Source of the DNA: Epithemia pelagica
Taxonomy: Eukaryota; Protista; Bacillariophyta
Direction of reading: 5' to 3'
Assembly: GCA_946965045.2 (NCBI GenBank)
Contig: OX337233.1
Location: 1,550,001-1,614,000 of the forward strand
DNA: 64,000 nt
Of this stretch, positions 22,569-34,580 are shown in pieces (position 1 is the first letter of the stretch; every line of letters begins with the position of its first letter). Under the pieces are notes generated by a model. The model did not search any database. It was not told where the DNA came from and worked only from the letters and a program-made list of their open reading frames with translations. The position numbers and the translations under genes are program-made.

Positions 22569-22652
22569 AAACGACATCAAACGACATCAAACAACATCAA
22601 ACAACATCAAACGACATACCTTTCGACATCGAACGACATACCTTTCGACATT
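22569..22652. repeat. Tandem 10-mer array (AAACGACATC) with the core inverted relative to the previous array
   Basis: Five tandem units followed by a duplicated CCTTTCGACAT unit. CGACATC is the reverse complement of GATGTCG. Confidence 0.85.
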
Positions 22653-23449
22653 CCCGTTTGTTCCATACTGGAGAATGGTAAATCATATTCTATGGTATCA
22701 TAATACGTACTTTGCATTAATATCGATCCTTTGTTTTGGTTTCGTCCGTTGGGTATTCGGAATTCGGAGAGAATATGCGACTCACGTATAGTTACCGGAA
22801 GTTGCTGTTGTGAGCTTTTTGTGAGGAATAGCAGAAGTCCAATTTGCAAGTTTTTCCGTCGTATTAGCTGAGAGGAAAATCCTATACGTCATCGCCAAGA
22901 AAACCAGAAACAAAACACAAAATGTGATCGATTTCTGTTCCTCATTGTTGTCGCTACCTAAAGACGAACGCTCCCTCTTTTTCTTTGGTGTTCGACGCTC
23001 ATTTCCCCAACGATTTTAACCATGACGGTATTTTGGGTCAGAGGTTTCCGAAAGTTTCATGTCTCATTCGTGTCTCAATGTCTCATTTTCAATGTCGCGA
23101 CATAAAACGGTTTTGAATGCGACATCAAAGGTACATATGTGAATGTGTCCAGGTCGGAAGCATATCCTCTCCATCGGAAAGTACCAGACGTCATTTTTGT
23201 GCTTTTCACACTTCTCTGTGAGACCTGTTCTTCGTCAAGAAGTGAAGAATATTCATGTAACTACGAATATGAGAACGGCAGACAACAATTGGAGCTTGCA
23301 ACGAGAGAAAGCGTCGGGGAGCGGGGAGAGCAAAAAGAGAAAGGGCTGCAGGATCATAAAAATCAACGTGCACCCTCATCTTAGCGAATTACGAAAAGAA
23401 AGGTCGTCCAAGAACTTGTTGCTTTGTTTCGCAGCCACCGATAGAAACA

Positions 23450-23872
23450 ATGAGTACTGGATTGAAGCGCTCAATGCCTTGCGAGGATCTCCTCTCGCTC
23501 AGTCCCAACTATGAAAAAGCGTTGCTAGAAGCAGACAAGTTCTTGGACGACTCGGTTCGCAGTCTCCTTTCCAAACGAAGACGAGTGATGCCAGACGGCC
23601 ACAGCGCTCGGAATGACAACCCTGCCACAGCCGCACTTGAAGCCTCACTTCCCTTTGATCACGACTATGAAGATTCAGAAAGTTTCTTCGATCCAATCAA
23701 GATGTCTCTTCTTCAAGGAGGCTACACCAACGAATACGGACTTTTTCCATCAGAACTAAACCCGACTTTTTCATGCACAAATCATCACAAGAACATACCA
23801 CTTTCCTCAGTCCATGCTGTAAATGAGATGACTCTTGCCTTGTCCTACCTGTCCACTGCTTCAAAGGCATAA
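23450..23872 (+). CDS. Hypothetical protein (140 aa)
   Basis: ATG-initiated ORF MSTGLKRSMPCEDLL... with protein-like composition, followed by an AT-rich 3' region. Confidence 0.5.
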   Translation: MSTGLKRSMPCEDLLSLSPNYEKALLEADKFLDDSVRSLLSKRRRVMPDGHSARNDNPATAALEASLPFDHDYEDSESFFDPIKMSLLQGGYTNEYGLFPSELNPTFSCTNHHKNIPLSSVHAVNEMTLALSYLSTASKA

Positions 23873-24389
23873 GCCCTTCACCTCAAGCTCTTATTCTCTG
23901 CACATATTATTCAAGAGCATTGGGTGGGGTTCGTTTGAGTCCATTGTCTTCAGTCTTTTTGTACAAACTCGTCCTCCAAGCGATGAAACCTTTTCCTTTT
24001 TTGTAAATAATTTGGTTCCCTCATATGACTGAAGCACACAGTTTAGCATAATATATTATCTAAAGTACAGATGCTTTACTGGTCACTACATGTTAGTTTT
24101 GCATTTACTGTTTTAGAATGCGTTCATTTATGAGTTGCGCTCATGATCGATTGTGTTGGTGGTGCGCACTGATAAATCTGGGTTGTGTTGTGTGTCTTCG
24201 TTGTGTCGGGAAAGATCTCCCAACATCTGGTGCTGTTGTGGTCTTTGTCTGTGCCCTCCTCGTGGAGGTTGATTTGTGACCTCCACGTGGAAGTTATGAA
24301 ATATTCCTCGATAGCGTTTTATCTAAGAGTTTCCTGTATCAGTGTGGTTCCTTACGCTTCTTCCGAACGCTAAGAACCACTAAGAAATG

Positions 24390-25335
24390 ACGAAACAGGG
24401 TGGACCATGGTGGAAGGCCGCATCCCGACCATTCGAAGTATTGCCGAGCTACATCCAGCGTTTGTGTGTACCTGGGCCTCCACTAGTGGGGAAACACTGC
24501 AACGCGTCTGTGACATGCACAATGACAGGCCGACTGTCGCGGTCTCTCATGACACAACGACATGGATGCAGTGATGGAACTGCCAAGTATGGCTTGTCGT
24601 CATCATGCCATCCTCCGTCACTGGGGCTGCCACCTTTCCTCCCATTCTACCTTCTAAACTGCACACCAATCGACGCGTCATTGTCGGCATGATTCATCAT
24701 ATCTACAGTTCCTATGTCTATCATGGTTTTGATCGAGGACATGGCAAAGTCTAGCGTCTCTCGTGTCAACCTGGACACCTTGATTTGGTTCCACTTTCAG
24801 CTGTGACCGTGGTGGATGCCGCCGATTTCGGGATGCTAGTGGGCTGTCGGGTGGGTTGCTGTCAGCACAGCAGCAATCGGCCACGGGGTGGTTATCACCA
24901 GTTCTCATTTGGGATCATCAAGTCTTTGTCAACGAGGAGGATCCTATTTGTGATGACGAGTCCGCACGGACCAATGTTACACCTAGACCTCTACTCGTAC
25001 CTAGGTAGTGGGCAAAGGGGTGGAGTTCCATGTGTCACGAAATTGCCGAAATGGTGCTGCTTATAAGCGGTGGTTGCTTGGGTCCGCATTTTACAAGCTT
25101 TTAGCACACTCGTAGTAATCTGTATCTAGTGCGGACGAGTGCCCATGTGACTTTTCTGACACTGTTGGGTACAAGTAAAGCTACGAGCGACAGAGTTAAA
25201 AAAGAATGGAGGTTGCATGACGAAAATAGTATTACGTACTGAGCCGACTTTGGGCGTACGTCGAGTGGTATACCCAGCCCTTCGTAGTACATCGGGAAGA
25301 ATCGGGAAACCTCGTCCTCTTAGCCCTCCAACTGA
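24390..25335 (-). pseudogene. Possible decayed sulfatase fragment
   Basis: Manual translation gives LPDVLRRAGYTT...KVG and KSHMG (cf. sulfatase LPExLxxAGYxT..vGKWHLG) and IVHVTD..FPT, broken by stops. Confidence 0.25.
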
Positions 25336-25449
25336 AACTGGAACACTTTCATTTTAATTTTTGATGTTTAATTCACCGGCTGATTGCCTTTTCTTTCAAG
25401 AGCTCTCCACTTGTTGGACCATTATCCTCCGGAATCTGTTAAAAATGAT

Positions 25450-27306
25450 TTATTCTTTCTTCGGTGGAAGCTTTTGTACTTTCCCAATCGCCACAGTTTT
25501 CCCTTCCGTACGAAGAGTGAATCGGCCAAGGAACGGCATGTGATCAAACGTCTCCAGCGGTACGGTTTGTCCTAACGACAGCATCACAATTGCTCGCATC
25601 CCGACACTTGCAAATCGTGCACCCTTTACGACTTGACCACGCGCGTTAGTGGTTTCGAAGATTTTGGTCACCGTACACTCTTCTTCCGCAGTATGAGCAT
25701 GAAACATGCATTGGAATCCTGCAGTCATGACCTTCGTGTTCTCCGGCATATCTGCTATGGCAATCTGACAAATGACTTTGTCAACCGCTCTACATGGTGG
25801 ATCGGAACAAATAACAAAGCCTCGACGTAAATCTTCAATCTTGGCGCCGTTCAATTTGACCAAGACATTCTCACCCGGCCGTGCACTGGAAACGGGATCT
25901 TCATTTGCATAGACTTCATCGACCTTGTACTGTTTTCGTGTTGGCATGACCGTCAGTTTGACACCGGGACGTACAACGCCCGATTCAACTTTACCCATCG
26001 CGATGATACCACGGTCTGCGTATCGATCCAATATAGGAATACGAAGCGCTCCTGCGGGATTGCGATCCTTCAGATCCAGTGCATCCAGTAAGCTCAACAA
26101 GGTTGGATGTTCTGTATTGTTGTCGCCGCTGGTGTACATTTTCTTCCACCAGCTACACTCAGATTCCTTTACTTCCTCTTTGATGTTGGCTCCAGTTAAT
26201 CCGGAGATAGGGATAAATTTGACTTCCTTCTTGATAGTGAAGCCGCACTTTTTCAGAAAAGGACGAATTTTCGTGACAATGTCATCAAAGCGTTCTTTCT
26301 TCCATTGAACAGTAGGTTCGTCCATTTTGTTCACAACGACAATCAAATAGGAGACTCCTAGAGTCTTCGCCAACATGGCATGTTCTCTGGACTGACCACC
26401 TCGATCAAACCCAGCTTCGAACTCGCCTTTGCGTGCTGAAACAACCAAAATGCCTATGTCTGCTTGACTGGCACCTTGGATCATGTTAGGTACATAGTTC
26501 TTGTGCCCAGGTGCATCCAGGATAGTGTACCGCTTGAATGGTGTTTCAAAATGCGCCTTACCCACTTCCACGGTCTTCCCTTTTGCACGTTCTTCTTCAT
26601 TCGTGTCCATGATAAAGGCAAGAAACCATGACTCGCGATTTCGTTCTTTGGCTTCTCGTTCATACCGTTCAATCGTACGTTTGTCCACGTTGTCTGTCAA
26701 ATACAGAATGTTCCCCGACAGGGTGGACTTTCCAGCGTCGACGTGTCCAATAAAAACTAAATTCATATGTTCGCGAGGGTCACCTTCTTTCACTGGCTCT
26801 GATGGTGTCATTTCGGCTTCGGCCACAGCGACTTCCTCTTGCGCAGAGGGCTCCGTTGGCTCTACGGTTCCAGCTGTTGTAGTTACCAATGACGCTTCTT
26901 CGCTTTTTCCAGCAGGTGGCTTCTCGTCACTTTCAGCAAGATTCAGCTTGCTTTGAACTTCATCTGATACTCCTTCAGCATCCCAGCTGTCTCCGGCATC
27001 CATCAAGGCGGACACCTGAGGGTACTGTGCAAGCTGATCGGGATCGTTGATCAGTTTCAATGCTCGTTCACGATCTCCCTCCGTAATTTCCATAACTACT
27101 TTCCAAAGAGGATCTGATTCATCGATATCTGACACCGCACTTCCCGAGGATGACAACTGTGATGTAGCTGGAGTCGCCACAGGAGGGTTTTGTGCAGCAG
27201 GTTCAGGCGCCGATGCAGGTGCAGTTGATGCAGCGGAAAATCCGCCACCTGGCGTCCACGCGGCTGCTGTAGCCGACGGCTTCCAGGCAGAAGCGTTAGG
27301 ATTCAT
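25450..27306 (-). CDS. GSPT1: Eukaryotic peptide chain release factor 3 (eRF3/Sup35)
   Basis: N-terminal PAM2-like MNPNASAWKP; GTPase motifs GHVDAGKST, DAPGH and NKMD; ERSRESW-like segment ERNRESWFLAFIMD. Confidence 0.93.
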   Translation of the reverse strand: MNPNASAWKPSATAAAWTPGGGFSAASTAPASAPEPAAQNPPVATPATSQLSSSGSAVSDIDESDPLWKVVMEITEGDRERALKLINDPDQLAQYPQVSALMDAGDSWDAEGVSDEVQSKLNLAESDEKPPAGKSEEASLVTTTAGTVEPTEPSAQEEVAVAEAEMTPSEPVKEGDPREHMNLVFIGHVDAGKSTLSGNILYLTDNVDKRTIERYEREAKERNRESWFLAFIMDTNEEERAKGKTVEVGKAHFETPFKRYTILDAPGHKNYVPNMIQGASQADIGILVVSARKGEFEAGFDRGGQSREHAMLAKTLGVSYLIVVVNKMDEPTVQWKKERFDDIVTKIRPFLKKCGFTIKKEVKFIPISGLTGANIKEEVKESECSWWKKMYTSGDNNTEHPTLLSLLDALDLKDRNPAGALRIPILDRYADRGIIAMGKVESGVVRPGVKLTVMPTRKQYKVDEVYANEDPVSSARPGENVLVKLNGAKIEDLRRGFVICSDPPCRAVDKVICQIAIADMPENTKVMTAGFQCMFHAHTAEEECTVTKIFETTNARGQVVKGARFASVGMRAIVMLSLGQTVPLETFDHMPFLGRFTLRTEGKTVAIGKVQKLPPKKE

Positions 27307-27724
27307 CGTTCACTTGCGTTCTACGATAGCTCTCTAATATCAGAAATGGGTTTTCCCGCCGCTGATGTGTTGTTTTGGTGTCTATTGCGTTTCTCCATTG
27401 ACTGAGCGCGCCAGCGCCGTTCATCATTTGCGGGTTTGCGGTTTTCGGGCGGAGGGCGACTGACAGGCGGTAACTGAAGCTGAATGGGTAAGGTGCAATA
27501 GAACACCCCAGTCTCTTGTTGTGCACTTGGAAGACTCATTTTAGTTGTCAAAACTATAACAGTCAATGCTCTATGTGAGGTGAAACGGAAAACTTGTCTC
27601 GAGCTATAAGATCTATAGAACGTTCTTCATAGGCAGCAGTCCCTTCTTCTCTAGGATTGAAACTGTCACACAACTATAAGCTCAAGCGCACACATTAGAC
27701 CAATACTGTCAGAGCCTGTTTATG

Positions 27725-30700
27725 TCATTGAGTTTGTTGCTGTTGCTGTTGCTGCTCCTGTTGTTGTTGCTGCAGAGAATCAGGTGGTACTGCAGAACTC
27801 GAGGAAGTTACAGACATATTACGTTGAGATGAGCCCACCGTTGGTATACTGGTTTGTTCAAGCTGATCGGGTGCCGACAACGATGTTAAACTGGCGCTAC
27901 CTCCCAGTTCCATTGGTATATTTTCTTCAATTTCAGATTCAGCGGAGTTCGGCGCATTCATTTGCTGAGCAAGCATCTCGCGTTTTTTGTCCCATTCTTT
28001 CTGAAGAAGTTCAATTCTTTTCATCTGCTGCTCCTCCTCAAGAGCACGCCTCTTTTCAAAGGCGGCTCGCTCCTTCTCATGTTTTTCAAGAAATTTCTGG
28101 TGCTGCGCTTCCTTCTCGGTTTGGCTACGTTCAAGGTTCTCCATTCTACTGTCGAAAACTTTCTTGGCAATCTTCAAGTTCTTCTGGTAATCTTCCTCAA
28201 GCTTCCGAAGCTGTTCTCTCACTTCATCATTCATCTCATCACCACTAACCAGTGAGGCTTCTTCTTTGCGAGACGCAGGCGACATAGCGTCAAGATCAGT
28301 GCTGAGAACATCACCTTGCACCGAGGCCTCGTTCTCACCAACGAGAGACGAAGGTGGTCGAGGCGGAAGGGCGTACGAACTGGGAACAGGAGTACTGGGC
28401 GCTTCGACATGGGTCGTGTTGGAGCTTGAAGATGAAACATTGGCTGGTGCTTGGCCTGGAGTCTGTCTATTTGATCCTTGAGACCCAGCTGTTGTTGAAG
28501 GCGCGATCGAATCTACCACATTGTCCGGAAAAGTTTGTGTTTGGAATTCTCGCGAATCGGACAAGCTACCTGAATGACCTTGCGGTTGAAGACGGGAGTG
28601 CGGAATATCAGCCGCTGATTTAGTAGGAATACTCCGATGGTCCACTGATCCTTCCACATTGGATGGAACACCCTGAGGATGACCACCTGTGTCTGGGAGG
28701 GAATGAAGTTGGGAGTGTTGAGCCTGTGACATTTGTCCGTCAGAAGTTCCTTGGTAAGAAGGAGCCTGAGAGGACGGCGCTTGATTCACCACTTCGGTTG
28801 ATGCATCGGAAACAGTAAGTTGAAACACTTTTTGTGCGTTGTTGAAAGCGGCATGTTGGGTGTTTACGGCTGAAGGATTAGACATCGCCGGTGTCTCTGC
28901 TGTAACACTGGATTGTTCATTTTGTGGTTGCGAAGGATGCCGCGACACTGGATTTGGACTAGGAGCTACAACCGGCAACTGTCGATCAGGGATGGACTGA
29001 CTGACATTCCCATCAGTACGACTGTTCGAAGGACCGTCTTGACTCAAAAGGCTACTATTTTGGGTCAGGGCCAAATTGTCTGCTGCGTTTGGAGCGACCG
29101 ACCCTACAGAGGTTGTACCATTTTCAGGATCGTTTGTGCTCCCGATAGAAGACCCAATAGGCTGGGTGATGGATTGTTCATCTTTGCTCTTCATTCTCGC
29201 GCTATACTTGTCCTGTTTCATTCTTGCAGCACATGCCAATCCACTTATTGTTTCACTGATTTCAAGGACAGCATCTTGGGGAATATCAAGTTCTTGTACC
29301 ATTTCCTTAGCAACTTGAACAGCGTCATCTTCAACAAGATGAAACTCGAACTGAACGTTTTGTGTCTGACCTTCGACAGGAAGCGTAACGACCAACTTCA
29401 AGATGTCGTCCGCGTATGGTCGAACGTCGGGACCTTCGTGCTCAATTACAGCCGCTGCTACGAGGTAGTGCCTCTGTTTGTTATCATCTCCCTGAGAAGT
29501 TCCCACGTCAGGTCCAGACGGGGCGCTTGTATGTGATGGTGGTCCAGCACTTACGGTACTACTATCAGGAATTTCAGCATGGGCTCCGTCAGACGCTTGC
29601 ACAGGGGGAAGAACTGTTTCGTGTTGGGCCGCGTAAACAGAGGGAACAGGAACATTCTGATCCACTGATGTTGCCGACGAAGGAGCGTGCTGATCATCAT
29701 CATCTTCATGCAAAACCTGATCGCGGCCCATCAGAACCTTAACCTTTTTCATGTTGGTTTCACTTTCAGGCATTTCATCAAAATGGTCATTTCCATCGAC
29801 GTCATCATCGCACGAACTTTCCTGTTGTTGCCTTCCAGATGGATGTCCTGATGATGGATTGGACAAGCCATTAGTCCCTTGCGAAGGGACATGTTGGAGC
29901 GGCTGAGACGACGAAGTTGAAACTTTACCCGACTCATGTTTCCGTCTGGGAATTGAAGAACCATTTGCATTTTCCGGAGTTTCAGCGATCGTCCTTTCAC
30001 GAAGTGGTTTTTCGACAACAACTTCATCGTCATCATTTGCTCTCTTCATAAGAAAAGGATGCTTCAACAATTCGGCTGCCGAAGGTCTTACAAATATACC
30101 ATTCTCGTCCTTAAAACCCATGCAATATTCCACGAACTCGCGTGCATGGCGACTCTGCAATCGAGATAAGATCTCAGGAGGTTCTCCTGCAGAGACCTTT
30201 TTATAAATCTGAGCGGGGTTGTTACATTCTGAATACGGAATTTCTTTCGTGAAAATCTCAAGCATACACATTCCAAACGCATAGATGTCAACTTTCTCAT
30301 CATACGGGCGATCATCGTACATGTCAGGAGCCATGAATTCAGGTGTTCCAAGCACGCTGAGCTTTCTCCCGTTTCGATGAACCGTACTGAGACCAAGGTC
30401 TCCAATCCGGAGATCTCCTGATGTCCCGTTGATGAATATGTTGTCACACTTGAGATCGCGATGTATAACTGGTGGGTCTTGCGAGTGAAGATATTCCAGT
30501 CCATTTAAAATCTGCACGGCCCATCGTTTCGCTATCTTCCACCTTATCACTTGCACTTTGTCAATGAAGCTTTTGAGGGTTCCAGAAGACAGAATCTCAG
30601 TGACAAAGTTTACTTCTTGTCGTTCTCTGTTCACCCATGAACCATGGAAACTGATAATGTTTGCGTGATGTAGTCTCTCGAGCAATCTGACCTCGTTCAC

Positions 30701-31504
30701 TATCCTGTTTCTCTCTGTTTTTGGTACACCGGAGAGAGTCACGACATTCCAAGCAACCTCAATTCCTTCTTGTGTATCATATGCTCGATAAACATCTTTC
30801 GATGCCCCACTTCCAAGTTTTTCCATGAAACGGACATATCTACCTCCTGGAGATCTTTCCACGATAGCGTTCTGCACAGCAGGACTCCGTATGTAATCAT
30901 CCAGTGTATCTCCTGAATCTTGATCCATAAGTGCGGAAACGGCCTGTACTTTCTGTTGAGTAGGTGGCGAAGCTATTAATGAGTCTCCCGAGACCGAAAT
31001 AGGCTGTGTCTGCGCAGCTCCTTCTTGTGTAGGATCCGGAGATGCTGCCATAGACTGAATGGACTGAGAGTCTGTAGCGACATTGTTCGACACTGGATGA
31101 GCGTTATCTGGAGTTTCTACAGGTATTTGTCGATCTGCGGAAGGTATATGACTAGTCTCGGTTGAAACAATGCCATTGCTGTGGTGAGCATCCGAAGGCT
31201 CACCGTCCAGGATGACTTGGTCTGGAACAGCCGTATCCGCGAAAGACATGGCATGACCAGCGGAATTCAAGGAGGGTGGGTTCACTGCACCGCCAATTGA
31301 GGCATGATCAGTTATGGCGGAGATCACTGATCCATCAGGCAGAATCCCCCCATGGTTTTGAGGACTTGGTTCAGTGGTGGAGATGGTACTGAAGTCGACA
31401 TCTGCAGTTGTACTTTCGACCACCACGCCTTTGGGTGCATCTCTGCTAATGACCAGTTCGTCGCTGTGCGGATTCTTCTCACCAGAGCTTGTCATCGAAA
31501 CCAA
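27725..31504 (-). CDS. WNK: WNK-family Ser/Thr kinase (1259 aa)
   Basis: LGSGASKDVY (Lys in subdomain I), EVAWN, HRDLKCDNIFING..GDLRIGDLGL, GTPEFMAP. Later QNVQFEFHLVEDDAVQVAKEMV domain, coiled coil and poly-Q tail. Confidence 0.92.
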   Translation of the reverse strand: MVSMTSSGEKNPHSDELVISRDAPKGVVVESTTADVDFSTISTTEPSPQNHGGILPDGSVISAITDHASIGGAVNPPSLNSAGHAMSFADTAVPDQVILDGEPSDAHHSNGIVSTETSHIPSADRQIPVETPDNAHPVSNNVATDSQSIQSMAASPDPTQEGAAQTQPISVSGDSLIASPPTQQKVQAVSALMDQDSGDTLDDYIRSPAVQNAIVERSPGGRYVRFMEKLGSGASKDVYRAYDTQEGIEVAWNVVTLSGVPKTERNRIVNEVRLLERLHHANIISFHGSWVNRERQEVNFVTEILSSGTLKSFIDKVQVIRWKIAKRWAVQILNGLEYLHSQDPPVIHRDLKCDNIFINGTSGDLRIGDLGLSTVHRNGRKLSVLGTPEFMAPDMYDDRPYDEKVDIYAFGMCMLEIFTKEIPYSECNNPAQIYKKVSAGEPPEILSRLQSRHAREFVEYCMGFKDENGIFVRPSAAELLKHPFLMKRANDDDEVVVEKPLRERTIAETPENANGSSIPRRKHESGKVSTSSSQPLQHVPSQGTNGLSNPSSGHPSGRQQQESSCDDDVDGNDHFDEMPESETNMKKVKVLMGRDQVLHEDDDDQHAPSSATSVDQNVPVPSVYAAQHETVLPPVQASDGAHAEIPDSSTVSAGPPSHTSAPSGPDVGTSQGDDNKQRHYLVAAAVIEHEGPDVRPYADDILKLVVTLPVEGQTQNVQFEFHLVEDDAVQVAKEMVQELDIPQDAVLEISETISGLACAARMKQDKYSARMKSKDEQSITQPIGSSIGSTNDPENGTTSVGSVAPNAADNLALTQNSSLLSQDGPSNSRTDGNVSQSIPDRQLPVVAPSPNPVSRHPSQPQNEQSSVTAETPAMSNPSAVNTQHAAFNNAQKVFQLTVSDASTEVVNQAPSSQAPSYQGTSDGQMSQAQHSQLHSLPDTGGHPQGVPSNVEGSVDHRSIPTKSAADIPHSRLQPQGHSGSLSDSREFQTQTFPDNVVDSIAPSTTAGSQGSNRQTPGQAPANVSSSSSNTTHVEAPSTPVPSSYALPPRPPSSLVGENEASVQGDVLSTDLDAMSPASRKEEASLVSGDEMNDEVREQLRKLEEDYQKNLKIAKKVFDSRMENLERSQTEKEAQHQKFLEKHEKERAAFEKRRALEEEQQMKRIELLQKEWDKKREMLAQQMNAPNSAESEIEENIPMELGGSASLTSLSAPDQLEQTSIPTVGSSQRNMSVTSSSSAVPPDSLQQQQQEQQQQQQQTQ

Positions 31505-32281
31505 ATAATCACCAGTCTGATGTTCGGATGGTCACAAGCTCGGTAAGGCTCGAGGGTCTTACACCTCGCTGTAAGACTGAGGCAAGCAGATTGATCCAAT
31601 TTTTGCCACTCAATACCACGCAACTTCAATCCTTTCCAGCTCAACAGCAAACACAAAATACAAGGAGACGCTTCTTCTGGCAAACCTGGAGATTACTCTC
31701 TTCACTTCCAGCCTTCGAGTAAACGCTGTCTTGTCCATCAAGGAAAAAGCGAAACACAGCAGCACACCAGAGGCATTGTACTTTGTAACCTACATTGGTA
31801 CATCATCGGCAATACTCTTACTGAATATCACGCATGCATGGTGCTTTGAGCGCCGGAGTTGTCGGGTATCGCGAGTCGCGAGTATGCGGTACCCGGATTC
31901 TTCAGACACAGATCCCGTGATTCTAATACTCGTACAATATTTATTATTTGACAACCCAGCATGAGCCTCAGAAAATGCGTTCGTAGTCATTTTATGAAGA
32001 AAGCGTGCAGAGTGCTGTGCTGAGACATTGCTGAGATGATCCATAGACCACTTCCCACTTCCCAATTCCCAATTCCCAAAGAGGCAGCTCACCAAGAAAA
32101 ACGCAACCAAACGGAACCGTTCGACGACGACCAAAACCCAGAGACAAAAGACAATTCCGACCATAAGAGTCTATCTTTGAGGTACACGTGGGACGAACTT
32201 CCCATAGTAGTGATCGCCAAACAATTTGACAACGATAGCTCAAGGTGTTGATCAAGAGTCAAGAGCGTAGGCGAATTCTCA

Positions 32282-33165
32282 ATGTCTGTTGCTATTCGCC
32301 GATCATCACGACGACGGGAGAAGCGAGCTTCAACCTTTCAGGTGGGAGACATTGTCCAGGTGAGTGAATCGCATCCTTACAGCATTATCAAGGTATTTTT
32401 TCTCACGCTTTCGATTTGTGGAAGATTAACGGTGATAGAGGAACGTACGATGGACGACTGATAACCAAGCTGACTGACGAATCGTCAGGGAGTGATACTC
32501 AATGGTTGGTGTCAACGATAAGCGATGTCACAGATGAGAAAATAGTCTTCGAAAGTGCTTTTGGATCGAAAGTGGGAAAGATTGAGCCTGGAAAACCAAA
32601 ACATCAATCGAAGAGTGGTGCACAGACGAAAAGAAACAAGAAACACAGGAAAGGCTCTGTGACATCTGTTGAGGGATCTCCATCAGTAGCCGTGGGCTCT
32701 AAAAACGTCGCTTCCTTATCTCGCTCTTCATCTCCCAGCAATGGCGTTGTCCCATCAGCGTCTTCGAAAGCGTCGCCGTCCATGACGAGTAGTCCAGAGG
32801 ATAACAACCTTGTCGGTGGGACGAATAAAAGGAGCAAGACAAAGAAAAAGCGAAAGGCTGCTGCAGTTAGCACATCTTCTGCTGGTTCTACTACAGTGAA
32901 AGCAGGAGTTCCTTCGGAACCCCCCTCTGACTCATCTGGGCTGCAGAAGAATTCTGCGGCGGCCGCCCGTGCCGCAAGAAGCCTTCGGCGACAAGCAAAG
33001 CTGGAAGAGGAAAATAGCAAACGGATGCTTTTTCAAGACTCTGGGCCACCGAACAAGAAATCAAAAACGAAGGACTCTAACGTCGTCCGGGTTCCATTCG
33101 CAATGGGAACGCTTTTGCTTTACCAAGGACCCCGTCGTCGTGCTGAGTTTATATTCAAAAAGTGA
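32282..33165 (+). CDS. Hypothetical protein, 2 exons (32282-32359, 32425-33165); small beta-barrel-like N-terminus and basic low-complexity region
   Basis: ATG exon ending CAG|GTGAGT splices in phase to the 249-aa ORF, giving FQVGDIVQ/INGDRGTYDG. Confidence 0.65.
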
Positions 33166-33947
33166 TAATCTTTTAGTGGTCATGCTACTTTTGAGCAATA
33201 GTCAAGATAATGTAGGCAATTTGCTCGAATGGAGGCGTGCCTTTGGCTCCACCGGCCTTCGAAGCCCTTCGTTGTCATACAATAGATTGGTATGAACCAT
33301 GGTGACAAGGAAGCGACTGCGCAACAAATCTTGGATTGGCACCCAGTCGCATGTCGAAACAATTTGTAGCCCTTCGATTGCCACCTCGCGCGTTTTTGCG
33401 CGTGATCATCTACCATACTTACAACCTACAGCGCGAAGTACGGATACGGTACTTACCTCTCTACAGAAGAAGACAGAGACTATTGTTGTATCCCCGCTGG
33501 GGGTTCTCGGAAAAACATCATCGAGTATCGAGACTCCTTTGGGTTGCCTATTGCCTTAGTCCGTAGGTTGGTAATCGTATTGAGGCTCATCACAACATCA
33601 TCGCGATTATCATGGTCTCACCATAACTTCAGAGTACCTACTTAGCACAGAGACGTCGTCATTCATCGGCTATCTCATTCTCATTACTATGCGCAGAAAA
33701 ATTTGTTACAACATGCCACATGATATTTTCCGTCAGCATACCCACTTGTCTATTACAGACGGCAGTTCGTTGTGGATGGCCACGGTTACGTCTAGGTTAT
33801 TCGCTTATCGTTCGCGTAATTAATCCATAACGATCTGATTGATAAACTTTATCAGACACTTTGAATTATAGCTCTGTGACTGATGAGAAAAAACTGCTTT
33901 CCGACTTCCAAGCGTTCTTTGAGTAGTAGCAATGCATGTTAGTAATT

Positions 33948-34580
33948 TTAGAAGAGTCCGAAAAACTTTTTCTTAGGCTTGTCTTCTTCGACCTGAACAC
34001 CCTTCATTTTGTACACGTTAGGGGCTTTGTAGTTCTTCGAAAACTTGGGGGCACGTCCGACAACAGTTTCTGAAGGACCTTTCGGAGTTTTTGTACCAGT
34101 CCAGTCCAATCCTGCACCATATCCGAAAATGCTAACCGACTGCTCCTTTCTGAAACCACCGCTGGCATATTCCTTGTCACTGCTCAGCCACTTCTTTTTG
34201 TTTTTGGCGCCTTTAATGTCAGAGTTATCCCACGACCCTCCACGTTGCATGTAGGGAATATCTTCCCTTCGAAGTTCTCCCCGCCGGACCTTGTTTTCGG
34301 CGTCAAAGACTGGAAGCAAATGCTCCGCTTCACCCCGTTCCAACGCTTCTTGGAAGGACTGGAACGATCGACTTTTGAAACCCTTCGGACCCATACTGCC
34401 GAGGTTCTTCTTCACATTTTTCTTGGCTTCGGCAGCTTTGAACTTTTTGTAGGATTCCGCTGTGAATCCATCGGGAATATAACCGTAGGCAACAGTCAAA
34501 TGCTGGGGACGAGATTGGGAAACTGTGAAGGCATTGACCGTAGCCGCAAAAAACAGGAAAAGGATTCCAGCACGCATCAT
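33948..34580 (-). CDS. Plastid-targeted hypothetical protein (210 aa)
   Basis: Signal peptide with ASAFAP-like junction (VNA-FT). Conserved-looking YIPDG and PYMQRGGSWDNSD segments; ends KKKFFGLF. Confidence 0.85.
   Translation of the reverse strand: MMRAGILFLFFAATVNAFTVSQSRPQHLTVAYGYIPDGFTAESYKKFKAAEAKKNVKKNLGSMGPKGFKSRSFQSFQEALERGEAEHLLPVFDAENKVRRGELRREDIPYMQRGGSWDNSDIKGAKNKKKWLSSDKEYASGGFRKEQSVSIFGYGAGLDWTGTKTPKGPSETVVGRAPKFSKNYKAPNVYKMKGVQVEEDKPKKKFFGLF

Noticed and set aside
22341-22652. CRISPR-like array
   Set aside because: Units are contiguous 10-mers with no unique spacers, in a eukaryotic context.
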